Virus record (IMG/VR): IMGVR_UViG_3300012953_000004
Coordinates: 1-40,413 of that record
Source of the DNA: a virus
Taxonomy: Duplodnaviria > Caudoviricetes
Length of the DNA stretch: 40,413 nucleotides
Reading direction: 5' to 3' (one strand)
Part shown: piece after piece, positions 1 to 9,754 of the stretch
How the letters are laid out: each line of letters begins with the position of its first letter
How positions within the stretch are numbered: the stretch's first letter is position 1
The notes under the pieces: generated by a model
Databases searched by the model: none
Seen by the model: the letters and a program-made list of their open reading frames with translations, nothing else
What the model was told of the DNA's origin: nothing
Made by a program: the position numbers and the translations under genes

Positions 1-123
1 CTAACTTTGTTTAAAAACAAATTAGTAGGTTTGTCTAATTCTTTACGAGCACGCATTGTAAGCATTCTTGCTTGCCCATTCCAACTAAATAGTTCTTTAG
101 CAGCAATAACTTCCCAAGGGTTA
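1..123. repeat. Terminal direct repeat, copy 1 (circular assembly overlap)
   Basis: 1-123 is identical to 40291-40413; it lies inside a continuous CDS, so it is more likely an assembly overlap than a physical end. Confidence 0.95.
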
Positions 124-1892
124 TTAGAGCCACGCATAATAGACTTAGCTGTAGGCAAACCACCTGAAAGTTTTCCTAGTTCTTTTACGCCCATTCGGGT
201 TGCATAGCGCCCCCATGTGCCACGAAATGCTTGAGGCAAAGCTCTAAAAGTTTTATCCATAGCAGGACTAGAAAACTTAAACATTGCTATTCCGTATTGA
301 CGATCTGCAATGCCTAAAGTTGGAGTTAATCTTGTACGGTAAGCAAGCTTATTAATAGTTTCTGCTGGAAAAATATTTCTTGCTCCTTCAGCAAAAGTAA
401 TTCCTTGTTTTTTACCTACATGCCTAGAAAAAGGAACAGTCGTGTTTCTAGCTATTTCGCCAGTAAAAGGAATTTTAATTCCGTATGCAATTTTTTCTAA
501 ATCATCTGCAAAAGGAGTAAAACTATCAAGAGTTCTATTCCATTGACCATCTATTACGTTTCCAGCATCATCTAACTTTGCGCCACCTGCTTCTATCCAT
601 TGTTGAGGCGTAAGCAAATCTTCATTTAAACCTTTTCGCTGTGCGTAATTACCTAATTTCCGAATGTCGTCTATTGTTAGCGCTGACCTTCCAAATCTTT
701 TAGCTTTTAAGGTAAGTGCAGCTATTTCTATATATTCTTCTATTAAGTCATCAGCACCTTTAAAAAACAATCTGCTTGAAGAAGCACCTAATTGAGGACT
801 AACGCCAACAGGAAACATGCCCCCTACAGGAGTTGCTTGAGCTGGAATAAAACCGCCTTTAGCGCTTTGCTCTATTGCAAAATCGTCTAAGATTTTGCCA
901 ATAACTTGCCTGTATTCAGCAGTAGTAGCTTTAGGTCCTAGCTCTGCAAGAGATTTTTGAACTTGATTAGATAAATCATCTATAGCTTCATCAGGAACAA
1001 GAGCACGTATTTGCGCACTAACTATTTCATCTGCTTGTTGCCCTCCTTGACGAACTACGTTTCTTGTAAAAGCAGTTTCAAGCATTTCTTTTGTACTTGC
1101 ACGAACAATTTGATTAGCGTTTCTTATTGCAGCAAGGCCTATAGAACGATAAGCGCCTAACCCACCAAACCAGTTTAAAGGATCAAGAATTAAATCTGCA
1201 GGCAAAGCAGTTAAACCAGACGCAGAAACAGTCATACCAAATCTAGGTCCAATACCTGCATAATACAAAGGATTTAATGGAATGCTAGTAGACCAACTGT
1301 CTTGCAACCAGTTTTCTTTATGCAACCATTCACCAAAAGAAAAATATTCTTCACCTATGAGAATGTTTCCTTTTGATTTAAGTCTTTCCCAACTATAAGG
1401 ATTATTTTCATCCCAATTAGGGTCTTGCCCACGAAGTGTAGCAACACCCATTTGAACAATGTCTACAGTGTCTGAAACTCCAGTAGATACTAAACCTAAA
1501 CCAATTCCCAATGATTTTAAAAGACTCCCAGAAGGAGTTTCCATAAAAGTGCCTAATGCTTTTTGCCACCAAGGCATAGCATCTCTTGCTGCTTTTTCCG
1601 CAGCATCACGTTGTTCTTTAAAAAAGTCGTAATCAGGATCAATAGTAGTTTTCCACACATTATCCATAATTGGATTAGGCCTGTAATCATCAGTAGACAA
1701 ATGCCAAGTAATAGGAGCAAGATTATGGTTTTTTAAAACGTATTGCTGAAAAGCACTAGGTTGAATATCAACAGTTTTTAAAGCTTGAGATATTTGCGCT
1801 CTAGTTCCTATTTCAGGTTTATCAACAGTATCTAAAGAAGCTTGATTTAATGCCTTAAAGGCTTTTAGCCTGTTCGGGTCTTGTATTTGCAT
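1..1892 (-). CDS. N-terminal part of giant putative ejection/internal virion protein (continues across the junction; ~3,916 aa in total)
   Basis: ATG at 1890-1892 (MQIQDPNRLKAF...); (1892+40290)-30432+1 = 11751 nt = 3917 codons, in frame with the 30432..40355 ORF; no stops in the portions I translated (about 1-600 and 1550-1892); missed by the ORF track because it runs off the contig end. Confidence 0.88.
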   Translation of the reverse strand, partial: MQIQDPNRLKAFKALNQASLDTVDKPEIGTRAQISQALKTVDIQPSAFQQYVLKNHNLAPITWHLSTDDYRPNPIMDNVWKTTIDPDYDFFKEQRDAAEKAARDAMPWWQKALGTFMETPSGSLLKSLGIGLGLVSTGVSDTVDIVQMGVATLRGQDPNWDENNPYSWERLKSKGNILIGEEYFSFGEWLHKENWLQDSWSTSIPLNPLYYAGIGPRFGMTVSASGLTALPADLILDPLNWFGGLGAYRSIGLAAIRNANQIVRASTKEMLETAFTRNVVRQGGQQADEIVSAQIRALVPDEAIDDLSNQVQKSLAELGPKATTAEYRQVIGKILDDFAIEQSAKGGFIPAQATPVGGMFPVGVSPQLGASSSRLFFKGADDLIEEYIEIAALTLKAKRFGRSALTIDDIRKLGNYAQRKGLNEDLLTPQQWIEAGGAKLDDAGNVIDGQWNRTLDSFTPFADDLEKIAYGIKIPFTGEIARNTTVPFSRHVGKKQGITFAEGARNIFPAETINKLAYRTRLTPTLGIADRQYGIAMFKFSSPAMDKTFRALPQAFRGTWGRYATRMGVKELGKLSGGLPTAKSIMRGSNNPWEVIAAKELFSWNGQARMLTMRARKELDKPTNLFLNKV

Positions 1893-1899
1893 ACATTTC

Positions 1900-3684
1900 C
1901 TATTCCATGTTGGCTATTTGCTGAGCAGCTAAACTTTGCATGTATTGGTCAAAACCTTGATAGACCTGCTGATTTCCAAATGGGTAATTCATTTGAGGTG
2001 GTGGAAGCATTGTTCCACCCTCTTGCCACGAGGGTACGTTTAAACCTTCAATCATAGTATTCTGCATAGATCCTGCTTGGTACGGAGCAATTTGATCTAA
2101 ATAATCAACTGCAGACATAATTCTTTGGCCACTAGAAGTTACGCTTGAATTACCAGCAGCATCTGCTTGAGTTAACCCTCTTTCAAGATCAAACCTATCT
2201 AAATCTGCTTTTGCTTTTACAACTTCAGCATGTTCATTGTCACCATACCTTGCAAGAGCTTCAGTGTAAGCGTCTTTTTTAGCTCTCTTTGCAAGTGCTA
2301 ATGAAGCATCTGAACTACTCCAACCCAAATCAGTTAAACCTTCCAAAGTATTAACTGAAGCAGAAGGTTGATATTCAGATGACTCAGTAACTTCTTTCAA
2401 CAAGTCTTGCTGTTGCCAATCTTCCATAGCTTGCCACGTTGATATAGAAACACCTGCAATAGTAGAGTTCATTTGATCTGATCTCATCTGATTCATTTGT
2501 TCTTGAGCTTTTTCAGGAGAATACGCATTTTCCCACATTTCAGTCTTTAACTCGCTAGGCATAACTTTGTACATTTCAGGCGGAATACCTAACAAGCTTG
2601 CAGCCAATTGATCATCACGTTGCTTTGACTCAGCTTTAGCTCGTGCTGCAGCAGCAGCAGCAGCTTGAGCACGTCTACGTTGCTCTTCTTGTATATACGT
2701 CTGAGTACGTTGCCCTTCTATCTGCATCAAAGCTTGCGCCATAGCCATATCTTGAGCATAACCCTGTTGAGCAAGCCTTTGGGCTTCTCCCAAAACTTGC
2801 TCACGTTCCCTAGCATTTAACTGACGCAAAGCATCTGACGTTGTTTGCTTAATCTGATTTTCTAAACGAAATTTTTCATCGCCTACAGCCATTTGTGCTT
2901 GTGCCATTAATTTAGCTGGCATAGCAAGACGTTCTTGCGAAGCCATACGAGAAACAGTCCTAAGCCTGTCCATAGCAGCAGCACTAGATTCCGCTGTGCT
3001 AGAACGTAAACCTTCGGTTAAAGCTACGACTTCTTCAAATTCGGAAGAAACTTGTTGCCCTAATTCTGCTCTTTGAGCTGACACACGAGAAGCTTCATCT
3101 ATAGCTGCTTGCCCTCTACGGTCTACGCCTGCTTGAGCAATTGAATCTAATTCTTGCGAACCTGCAGTATCTAATACACGAAGTTCACTAGTTAAATCTG
3201 AACCTATTTCGTTTATTTGACTAATTCGCCTATCAAAAGCATCTTGCAAAAATGTCAATTGTTCTTCGTTCATTTCTTCTATGTCTATACGGCCTTGTTC
3301 AGCTAATGATTGAATTTCGGAAGTAAAATCTTTGTGTTCAATTTCACCAAACAGATCTCTCGTAGATTGCGCTAAGTTGTCGTAAATGTCTGCAAAAAAA
3401 TTGCTGCCACCACCGCCACCGCCTGTGCCTGTGTTTCCAAGAGACTCCATTTGATTAGCTCTTAAATGAGGAGAACCCCTGTTTATACTTCCATCAGGAT
3501 TTTGAAACGCAGGATTAATTTTTTGACTATCTGGAGTAGCTTGATTGCCTCCAAATCCACCTATATTGCTCCAATCAATAGAATCTGACGGAGGAGGTGG
3601 CCCATAGCCAGCTAATTTTTTACCTATTTGATCTATGTTAGCTGTAACAAGATCATCTGAACTGTATTGGTTTTCTATTGTCAC
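1900..3684 (-). CDS. Putative ejection/internal virion protein (594 aa, helical, Gln/Ala-rich)
   Basis: Second of three progressively larger genes after the tail genes, as in podovirus ejection operons; coiled-coil-like composition. Confidence 0.6.
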   Translation of the reverse strand: MTIENQYSSDDLVTANIDQIGKKLAGYGPPPPSDSIDWSNIGGFGGNQATPDSQKINPAFQNPDGSINRGSPHLRANQMESLGNTGTGGGGGGSNFFADIYDNLAQSTRDLFGEIEHKDFTSEIQSLAEQGRIDIEEMNEEQLTFLQDAFDRRISQINEIGSDLTSELRVLDTAGSQELDSIAQAGVDRRGQAAIDEASRVSAQRAELGQQVSSEFEEVVALTEGLRSSTAESSAAAMDRLRTVSRMASQERLAMPAKLMAQAQMAVGDEKFRLENQIKQTTSDALRQLNAREREQVLGEAQRLAQQGYAQDMAMAQALMQIEGQRTQTYIQEEQRRRAQAAAAAAARAKAESKQRDDQLAASLLGIPPEMYKVMPSELKTEMWENAYSPEKAQEQMNQMRSDQMNSTIAGVSISTWQAMEDWQQQDLLKEVTESSEYQPSASVNTLEGLTDLGWSSSDASLALAKRAKKDAYTEALARYGDNEHAEVVKAKADLDRFDLERGLTQADAAGNSSVTSSGQRIMSAVDYLDQIAPYQAGSMQNTMIEGLNVPSWQEGGTMLPPPQMNYPFGNQQVYQGFDQYMQSLAAQQIANME

Positions 3685-4097
3685 GATGCTAACCCTTGAA
3701 TACTTTGAGCTACCCCAAATCTACGCATAGCATCAGCTATCGCCTGATCCATGCCAGCCCCACCGAATTGGTCTTCCAAAAGAGCTTGTTGGCGATCCAA
3801 CTGAGCTTGAGCTTCCATTTGCTGACCTTCTACGTTCCACGATTCTAACTGTTTATCTCCAGCTAACCTTTCGGCAGCTTTTTTAGCTACACCAGAATCT
3901 ATCATTCCACGTTGATTCATGTTTCCACGCTGACTTTTAGCCATATCGTCAAATCTGCGATTCAAATTAAACCTTTGAAGCGCATTTTGACGTTTGTGCG
4001 CCTGCCTAGCAGAAGTTATGTCACTCATGCCATAACCGTAGCTAACTATTCTGTTAGAAGAATTACTGGCATTAGATCCTGTATACGTAGAACTCAT
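3681..4097 (-). CDS. Small putative ejection protein (138 aa)
   Basis: Position; Gln/Ala/Gly-rich, NQRGMIDSG motif; 4-nt overlap with next gene. Confidence 0.55.
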   Translation of the reverse strand: MSSTYTGSNASNSSNRIVSYGYGMSDITSARQAHKRQNALQRFNLNRRFDDMAKSQRGNMNQRGMIDSGVAKKAAERLAGDKQLESWNVEGQQMEAQAQLDRQQALLEDQFGGAGMDQAIADAMRRFGVAQSIQGLAS

Positions 4098-4105
4098 ATC
4101 ATAAC

Positions 4106-4282
4106 TTAGTCTGTTTGTCCCACTTCTTCGTTATTAAGAGCTGTTTCAATAGCTGCAATTTCAGCTTTTTTCATAGCTAAATCCCATTCAGCTTGGCCTC
4201 TAGAGCTTAATTGTTTAAGAACAGCCTCTAAAGTTACTATATTTTCCTCTACTGGCTGTTCGTGTTCATCTGGCATTGACAT
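4106..4282 (-). CDS. Small helical hypothetical protein (58 aa, MSMPDEHEQPVEENIVTLEAVLKQLSSRGQAEWDLAMKKAEIAAIETALNNEEVGQTD)
   Basis: Hand-translated; AGAGGAG SD before ATG 4282; fills the gap after the tail fibre gene. Confidence 0.75.
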   Translation of the reverse strand: MSMPDEHEQPVEENIVTLEAVLKQLSSRGQAEWDLAMKKAEIAAIETALNNEEVGQTD

Positions 4283-6273
4283 TTATTCTCCTCTATTTGA
4301 ATAGATAATTCTTGGACTGCTTTAATTATAGGTCCAATAAGCTCACTATAGCGCAATGCTTGGTCCGTAGGCGCAGGTACTTTAACTGTTTTTTCAGGAT
4401 CATCTTGATCAACTATTTCATCTTCTACACCATCAACAGAAAAATCACACCACATAGCTTGCTCGCTAGCATTAGTTTCGCTTCTTGCATCAAGAATAGC
4501 TTTAACTTCTTGCGCTATTAAACCTTGGTGATCTCTAACACCATCTTTCCCTCCATCAGTTTTTTTCCATTTGTATTGGATTGGGCGCAAGGATTTAATA
4601 AAATCCAAGCCCAAAGGAGTATCAACAATATCTGTTTTAAGATTAACGTCTGAAGTGCTAATTGTTGAAGTATCCGCATACAATTGCGTCCACCTAGCAG
4701 ACGATGACCCCAATTTCATCTGACTGTCATAATACGGCCTAAATTCGCTAGATGATTGCCTTGTCCTCCACGCATTACCAGCCCTAGTGTACAAATACCC
4801 TGAAGCTGTTACATAAATACCGCCCATGCTTGTAGAGCTGTGACTACCCATGTAAAGGATAGAATTAGAAGCCCCAAGCATATAATTATACATAGTGGCG
4901 TTAGAGTGGGTTTTCCACACGTTGTTACCAGCATCAGTAACATACCAAACTTCATTTCCACCAACTGAACATGCTAGCGAATCAGCAGCATAACGATACC
5001 AGCCAGTATTGCCATCAGAACTAAACGTAAACGAAGGATCACCAGCAGAACCATCGTCAGCTCTAAGCTCATTAGCGTCAATAATGTCAGTAGTAGTAAT
5101 TTTAGCGCTTTTAAAATCAGCTATATCATCACCAAATGTTGCCCTTACAGTACCATCAGTAGTAATACCCACAACTGCAACAGTTGAACCTCCTGAATTT
5201 GTTTCAGTAGTTCTGTAAATACCAGTATCTGTATCATCAGTAAATTTAATGCTAGGCGCTCCAGCACTACCATCAGCAAATGTAACTGCTCCGCCACCAC
5301 CCAAATCAGCTATAGATTGAGCCGTAACTTTTTTAACGTTAGCGCTATCCGAAGTGTCAGTAATTAACACAAGATCATCTGCAGCTACTGTAACTGTTGA
5401 CGCAGTTACGGTAGCAGGAGTAAAAGCACCGCTTACAGTTAACGAGCCAAGAGTACCAACGCTAGTTAATGAAGAAGTAACGACAGTAGATTTTAACTCA
5501 GTTCCAGTTAATGTGCCTGCAGCAGCAGTTACAGTAATAGGTGCTGTACCATCAAAATCAACGCCATTAATAGCTCTAGCAGTAGCTAATGCAGTTGTTG
5601 TAGCAGCTAAAGTCGCTGTAGCAGCATTACCAGACGTATTTTGGTTACCTGCAGTATTTACTCCAGCTAAATTAATATTTGCTGTGCCATCAAACGACAC
5701 GCCACCTATAGTGCGTGCAGTTTGTAACGCAGTTGCAGTACCAGCGTTACCGCTTATATTAGTCACTCCTGTTATATACCCATAAGAAAGTATTTTGTCT
5801 TGTATCGCAGCACTAGTCATTAAACTAGTGTCGTTATCTGCAAAAGATTCTGAGCTTGTTTGCACAGCAGCATCAGCAAGCTGTGCAACTGCAACATCGG
5901 CAACGTTAAGAGTTACGCTACCTGAAGAACCTCCACCTGATAAAGCTGTTCCAGCTACAACTTCTGTTATGTCTCCCTGCGGAGCTAAAGCAGCTATAGA
6001 CGAAGCGGTTACCGTTTTAGGATTATCACTATCGCTTGTGTCTGCAATAATTACTTTATCGTCTGAGGCTACAGTTACTGAACTTAACTCAGATGGAGCA
6101 AAATTGACAGTGACAGTACCAGTGGTCCCACCGCCTGAGATAGCATCTCCTGCAGTAACACCTGTTATTGTTCCACTACCACCAGTAGGCATTTTTTGAG
6201 CTATTTTACGCAATTCATATTCAATAGCAATAGCGTCTTCAGTTACAAATTTACGAGAAGGCTTATATGCCAT
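4249..6273 (-). CDS. Tail fibre with C-terminal intramolecular chaperone (peptidase S74-like)
   Basis: Gly/Thr/Ala-rich repeats (ATALQTARTIGGVSFDGTANI); C-terminal SDVNLK...LRPIQYKWK...GLIAQEV...YSELIGPIIKAVQEL. Confidence 0.88.
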   Translation of the reverse strand: MAYKPSRKFVTEDAIAIEYELRKIAQKMPTGGSGTITGVTAGDAISGGGTTGTVTVNFAPSELSSVTVASDDKVIIADTSDSDNPKTVTASSIAALAPQGDITEVVAGTALSGGGSSGSVTLNVADVAVAQLADAAVQTSSESFADNDTSLMTSAAIQDKILSYGYITGVTNISGNAGTATALQTARTIGGVSFDGTANINLAGVNTAGNQNTSGNAATATLAATTTALATARAINGVDFDGTAPITVTAAAGTLTGTELKSTVVTSSLTSVGTLGSLTVSGAFTPATVTASTVTVAADDLVLITDTSDSANVKKVTAQSIADLGGGGAVTFADGSAGAPSIKFTDDTDTGIYRTTETNSGGSTVAVVGITTDGTVRATFGDDIADFKSAKITTTDIIDANELRADDGSAGDPSFTFSSDGNTGWYRYAADSLACSVGGNEVWYVTDAGNNVWKTHSNATMYNYMLGASNSILYMGSHSSTSMGGIYVTASGYLYTRAGNAWRTRQSSSEFRPYYDSQMKLGSSSARWTQLYADTSTISTSDVNLKTDIVDTPLGLDFIKSLRPIQYKWKKTDGGKDGVRDHQGLIAQEVKAILDARSETNASEQAMWCDFSVDGVEDEIVDQDDPEKTVKVPAPTDQALRYSELIGPIIKAVQELSIQIEENKCQCQMNTNSQ

Positions 6274-6275
6274 AG

Positions 6276-6557
6276 CTACTCCTCTTCGTTACAAATCTCT
6301 TGAATTATTTCGTCCATTGTCGTAACTTGCTCATTTAACGAATTAATCTGAAATTGCAATTGCTGCAATTCAGATTGAGTAACACTGTTTGCAATGAGTG
6401 ATTCAACTTGGTCGCTTACACGATTTATTTTGTTTGAGTAGCTAGACACTGACCATACAATTGTTGCCACTATCACGATAACTGTCATTAAGAAACCAAG
6501 TGTCATTGAAGATACTCGGAAGTTTTTGACGTTATCTTCGGTTAGTGGCGCATTCAT
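6276..6557 (-). CDS. Single-TM coiled-coil membrane protein (possible lysis accessory)
   Basis: Hydrophobic LGFLMTVIVIVATIVWSV followed by a heptad-like tail. Confidence 0.55.
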   Translation of the reverse strand: MNAPLTEDNVKNFRVSSMTLGFLMTVIVIVATIVWSVSSYSNKINRVSDQVESLIANSVTQSELQQLQFQINSLNEQVTTMDEIIQEICNEEE

Positions 6558-7306
6558 TAGTAATCCAGTGTCACAGTTAAAACAGGTTTGTTAGTATCCG
6601 CTGAACCATCGCACACAGAATAAATATCTGAAGAACTTGTACCGCCACCACTAGCTATCCACCCACTTGATTTCTCAGATACCCACATTTGTTTAGTAGA
6701 TACATGAGTAATAAAGCCAGTTAAACCAGAAGAAGGCAAGGTCAATACTTTAGAAGCGCTTTGCGCCCAACTTTGCAAATTAGAAGCAGCAACGGTTTGC
6801 ATGTTAGTAGTTTGCACATACGAACCAGCGTTGTAGCTAGACATAGAAGTTCCATTCGTTTTGTTTAATTGCCCAACCAATAACGTTTCACTTGTAGAAC
6901 CGCTAATAGGATTAGTACCACCAGTACCCCTATATAAAGTCAATGTTGCGCTAGTAACGTTAGGTCTTACGGCAAGAGCTTCAGCTAATGATGTGCTTGT
7001 ATGCCCACCAGTAGTTGAATCAGCACTAAATTCAAGAACAGTTAAGTTATCACCAAAATCTAAAAACGCTCCAAAGCGAACTTTAGTATCTGTTCTCCAA
7101 GCGTTATTACGCCAACCTTCTGAATCATTGCATGTAAATGCAAGCGTTAAAGGATCAGACTTGTTCCAAACCGTGTACCAAGCTCCATTTTTACGAGCCT
7201 GAATCTTCGTAGGATTAACTAAAGAGCCATCCTTCTCAGCTTTAATAGTTGTACCATTAGGCACAGAAACCCAAGCACCATTCTTGCGAGCTTTAATCTG
7301 TGCCAT
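6557..7306 (-). CDS. Tail fibre/receptor-binding component
   Basis: N-terminal duplicated IKARKNGAW/IQARKNGAW; Ser/Thr/Gly-rich beta domain ending KPVLTVTLDY. Confidence 0.6.
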   Translation of the reverse strand: MAQIKARKNGAWVSVPNGTTIKAEKDGSLVNPTKIQARKNGAWYTVWNKSDPLTLAFTCNDSEGWRNNAWRTDTKVRFGAFLDFGDNLTVLEFSADSTTGGHTSTSLAEALAVRPNVTSATLTLYRGTGGTNPISGSTSETLLVGQLNKTNGTSMSSYNAGSYVQTTNMQTVAASNLQSWAQSASKVLTLPSSGLTGFITHVSTKQMWVSEKSSGWIASGGGTSSSDIYSVCDGSADTNKPVLTVTLDY

Positions 7307-8175
7307 TAGCTTATATCAAACCAAATGTCACCATTGCTAGTGGCAGTAGGTTCCGAAGTACACACAAAAATCGTAGGCGTAGTATCAACTTGATTACTTG
7401 CAACAGTAGCAGCACCGCTGTGGCTATACGCTATACGAGTAATTGAGTTAGCGCCCGAAACAGCGCCAGCAAACGTTAAATCAGCAGCAATGTCCACAGC
7501 GCCATCAATATCAACAACATCTAAGTTAGTCGTACCATCAACATCTAACGTATCAGCAATATAAACATTGCCGTCTAAAACAGATAAAGCGTTTGCGCCA
7601 GCAGTACCAGTTATTTTAAGTATTTCTTCAGACGCATCCCAAAAGAAATAATCTGATCCTGTAGCAGAATGAAATATGACATCATGCCCTGAACCATCTG
7701 AACCAACATTTACTATCCCAGTTATATTTGTAGTTCCTAACGTAGTAGTACCACCAGTAGCAGTAAAATTGCCAGAAACGTCTACGACTCCATTAATATC
7801 CACTGTTGGCGCTGTAATATCTAATGTTGTACCAGCATTAATTTCTAAATGCCCATCAGCAGAAGCTACAATGTTTTCACCACCAGCAGCATCATGAAAA
7901 GAAAGTTTAGAATCGCTAGTTAAAACTAGCTCATCTGCTGATTGATCCCAAAGCATATAATGACCAGCAGAATCTCCAAAAAACTTGACATCATAACCTG
8001 TTCCATCGGAACCCACGGTTATAGTATTTGTCCATGTGCAAGCGCCAGTAAATGCAGCGCCGTCCAAGCGAGCTACTTCGCTTGACCAGCTAGTAACTGC
8101 TGCAAAGTTAGCATTCATTTGAGAAGCAACTATTGTTGTTCCTGCCGTAAAACTTGTAAATGATCCTAAAGCCAT
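7306..8175 (-). CDS. Tail fibre/spike protein (proximal)
   Basis: FTAGTTIVASQMNANF anchor-like N-terminus, repeated VGSDG..DV.F...W module, C-terminal EPTATSNGDIWFD. Confidence 0.7.
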   Translation of the reverse strand: MALGSFTSFTAGTTIVASQMNANFAAVTSWSSEVARLDGAAFTGACTWTNTITVGSDGTGYDVKFFGDSAGHYMLWDQSADELVLTSDSKLSFHDAAGGENIVASADGHLEINAGTTLDITAPTVDINGVVDVSGNFTATGGTTTLGTTNITGIVNVGSDGSGHDVIFHSATGSDYFFWDASEEILKITGTAGANALSVLDGNVYIADTLDVDGTTNLDVVDIDGAVDIAADLTFAGAVSGANSITRIAYSHSGAATVASNQVDTTPTIFVCTSEPTATSNGDIWFDIS

Positions 8176-9749
8176 TATCTCATCCTTCTAGGTACATACG
8201 TAAACCCTATCGCATTTACCTGCCAATCGGAATTAGTAGCTGTGGGTCCAATAATCTTCATACTTATAGCCCTAGCTGTCCCTAAAGTAGGCAATCTTTT
8301 AACATCCGTGACCTTAGATTGATCTTCTGACGACCAAACACCGTCACCTAAACTTCCATCAGCGTTCTGCCAAGTAGCAGTACCCCACACAGAAGCACTA
8401 GTACGACCAGTAATATCTACAGGAAAAGTCTTAGCATAATCAGCAAAATCGTAATCTTTATAGACTTCTACAGTCATTTGAAGCGAAGATTTAGCCAAAG
8501 TCACCATTTGAGGCTTACCCCAACGTTTTTTAACTACAGGATTTCGTGTAGATAGCCAAGGAGTAACAAAATGCGAAGGAATATTTTCTTCATTTGTAAC
8601 GTATTTGTCAAACACTCTAGAATCATCATCATCTATGTGAATTAAACGCCCAGTATTAGTCACACAACCACCAACTAGCAAATGCTCAGTATTAGGAGGT
8701 TGATACGCAAACAGCGGACCAGCATCTATATCTGACATAATCCAAGCACCTTGCTGCCCCAAAGAAGGATCATAAACAAATGTTCTTCTAGTAGTTGAAC
8801 CTTCCCCAGTCCAATCAACAGTTACATAAAGCTTTTCATTAGCCCACGCCAATTGTGGTGGATTAGTAAACGTTATACGCCCATCATCTATAGCAGGGCG
8901 AAGTTTATCAAAAATGTAAGCAGTTCCATTTTGTCCAAGTACATGCACACCTGAACGATCATGCCAAAAGAAAACACCATAAGGTGAAGCAACAGGGCTA
9001 GATAAAGGTATTGAACCAACTGTTTTAGTTAAGTTAACCAGTTGAAAACTATCACTATCAAACCCATACATAGCATAAATAGAATTAGACTTAAAAACGA
9101 CAAGCCTATCGCCAGCAGGTACGATCCCAGTAATGTAATCCCCTGCTTCTCCTTTATCCACGTCCACATAATCTGCTGCTGCCCATTTTTCTGCTTCGTT
9201 AAGGTTAGACCACCTTAACCGATATTTTGTGTTTCCGCCTTCGTACGTGTTTCCAACCCAAACATGGTTATTCCATTGGGCAACATATTGCGCTTGTGGA
9301 AACTGACCTGCGGAACCATTGAGTGTCGTACCCAAATCCGCATCAGTGCTTCCATCCCATTTAAAAGAAACTTTGTCATAAGAAACCCCATACGTAACGT
9401 TATTAAATGTTATCCCATAAACTCTAGAACCATCTGTCCTGTCAGTAATGTTTGTGAAATCAGTAAAATTTCCAGAAGCTGAATGAGCAACTTTAGTTCC
9501 GTAATTAACCATTACACGGTTAGTGCCACCATCAGTATGAAACCCCCAAATGCCTTTAATGTCTGCGCTTAATGCAGTTCCATTACGGCGAATAACGCCG
9601 TTGCGCAACTGCACACCCCCACGAGGGTCCACAGTAACATTAAACAAATCAGGAGATTCATCATCAGCTAAATCAAATTGATCAGCACGAAAATTTAGAC
9701 CGCCAGAAAAAGATTCCAACATTTGAAGTTGGAAATCACGTTTAGACAT
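8175..9749 (-). CDS. Tail nozzle/hub (P22 gp10 / T7 gp12-like)
   Basis: N-terminal FSGGLN, beta-propeller-like repeats (GDRLVVFKSNSIY), position after adaptor. Confidence 0.8.
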   Translation of the reverse strand: MSKRDFQLQMLESFSGGLNFRADQFDLADDESPDLFNVTVDPRGGVQLRNGVIRRNGTALSADIKGIWGFHTDGGTNRVMVNYGTKVAHSASGNFTDFTNITDRTDGSRVYGITFNNVTYGVSYDKVSFKWDGSTDADLGTTLNGSAGQFPQAQYVAQWNNHVWVGNTYEGGNTKYRLRWSNLNEAEKWAAADYVDVDKGEAGDYITGIVPAGDRLVVFKSNSIYAMYGFDSDSFQLVNLTKTVGSIPLSSPVASPYGVFFWHDRSGVHVLGQNGTAYIFDKLRPAIDDGRITFTNPPQLAWANEKLYVTVDWTGEGSTTRRTFVYDPSLGQQGAWIMSDIDAGPLFAYQPPNTEHLLVGGCVTNTGRLIHIDDDDSRVFDKYVTNEENIPSHFVTPWLSTRNPVVKKRWGKPQMVTLAKSSLQMTVEVYKDYDFADYAKTFPVDITGRTSASVWGTATWQNADGSLGDGVWSSEDQSKVTDVKRLPTLGTARAISMKIIGPTATNSDWQVNAIGFTYVPRRMR

Positions 9750-9754
9750 CTAAA

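Noticed and set aside
1-123. Physical direct terminal repeat
   Set aside because: It lies mid-CDS with no structural signature and is better explained as an assembly overlap
5009-7897. Plus-strand ORFs opposite the tail fibre genes (5009, 5354, 5795, 6861, 7676)
   Set aside because: Antisense shadows of Gly/Thr/Ala/Ser-rich codons; no SD and no coherent protein
4249-8175. Diversity-generating retroelement or invertible tail fibre system
   Set aside because: No reverse transcriptase or recombinase seen; the repeats are diverged protein modules, not adenine-specific TR/VR pairs
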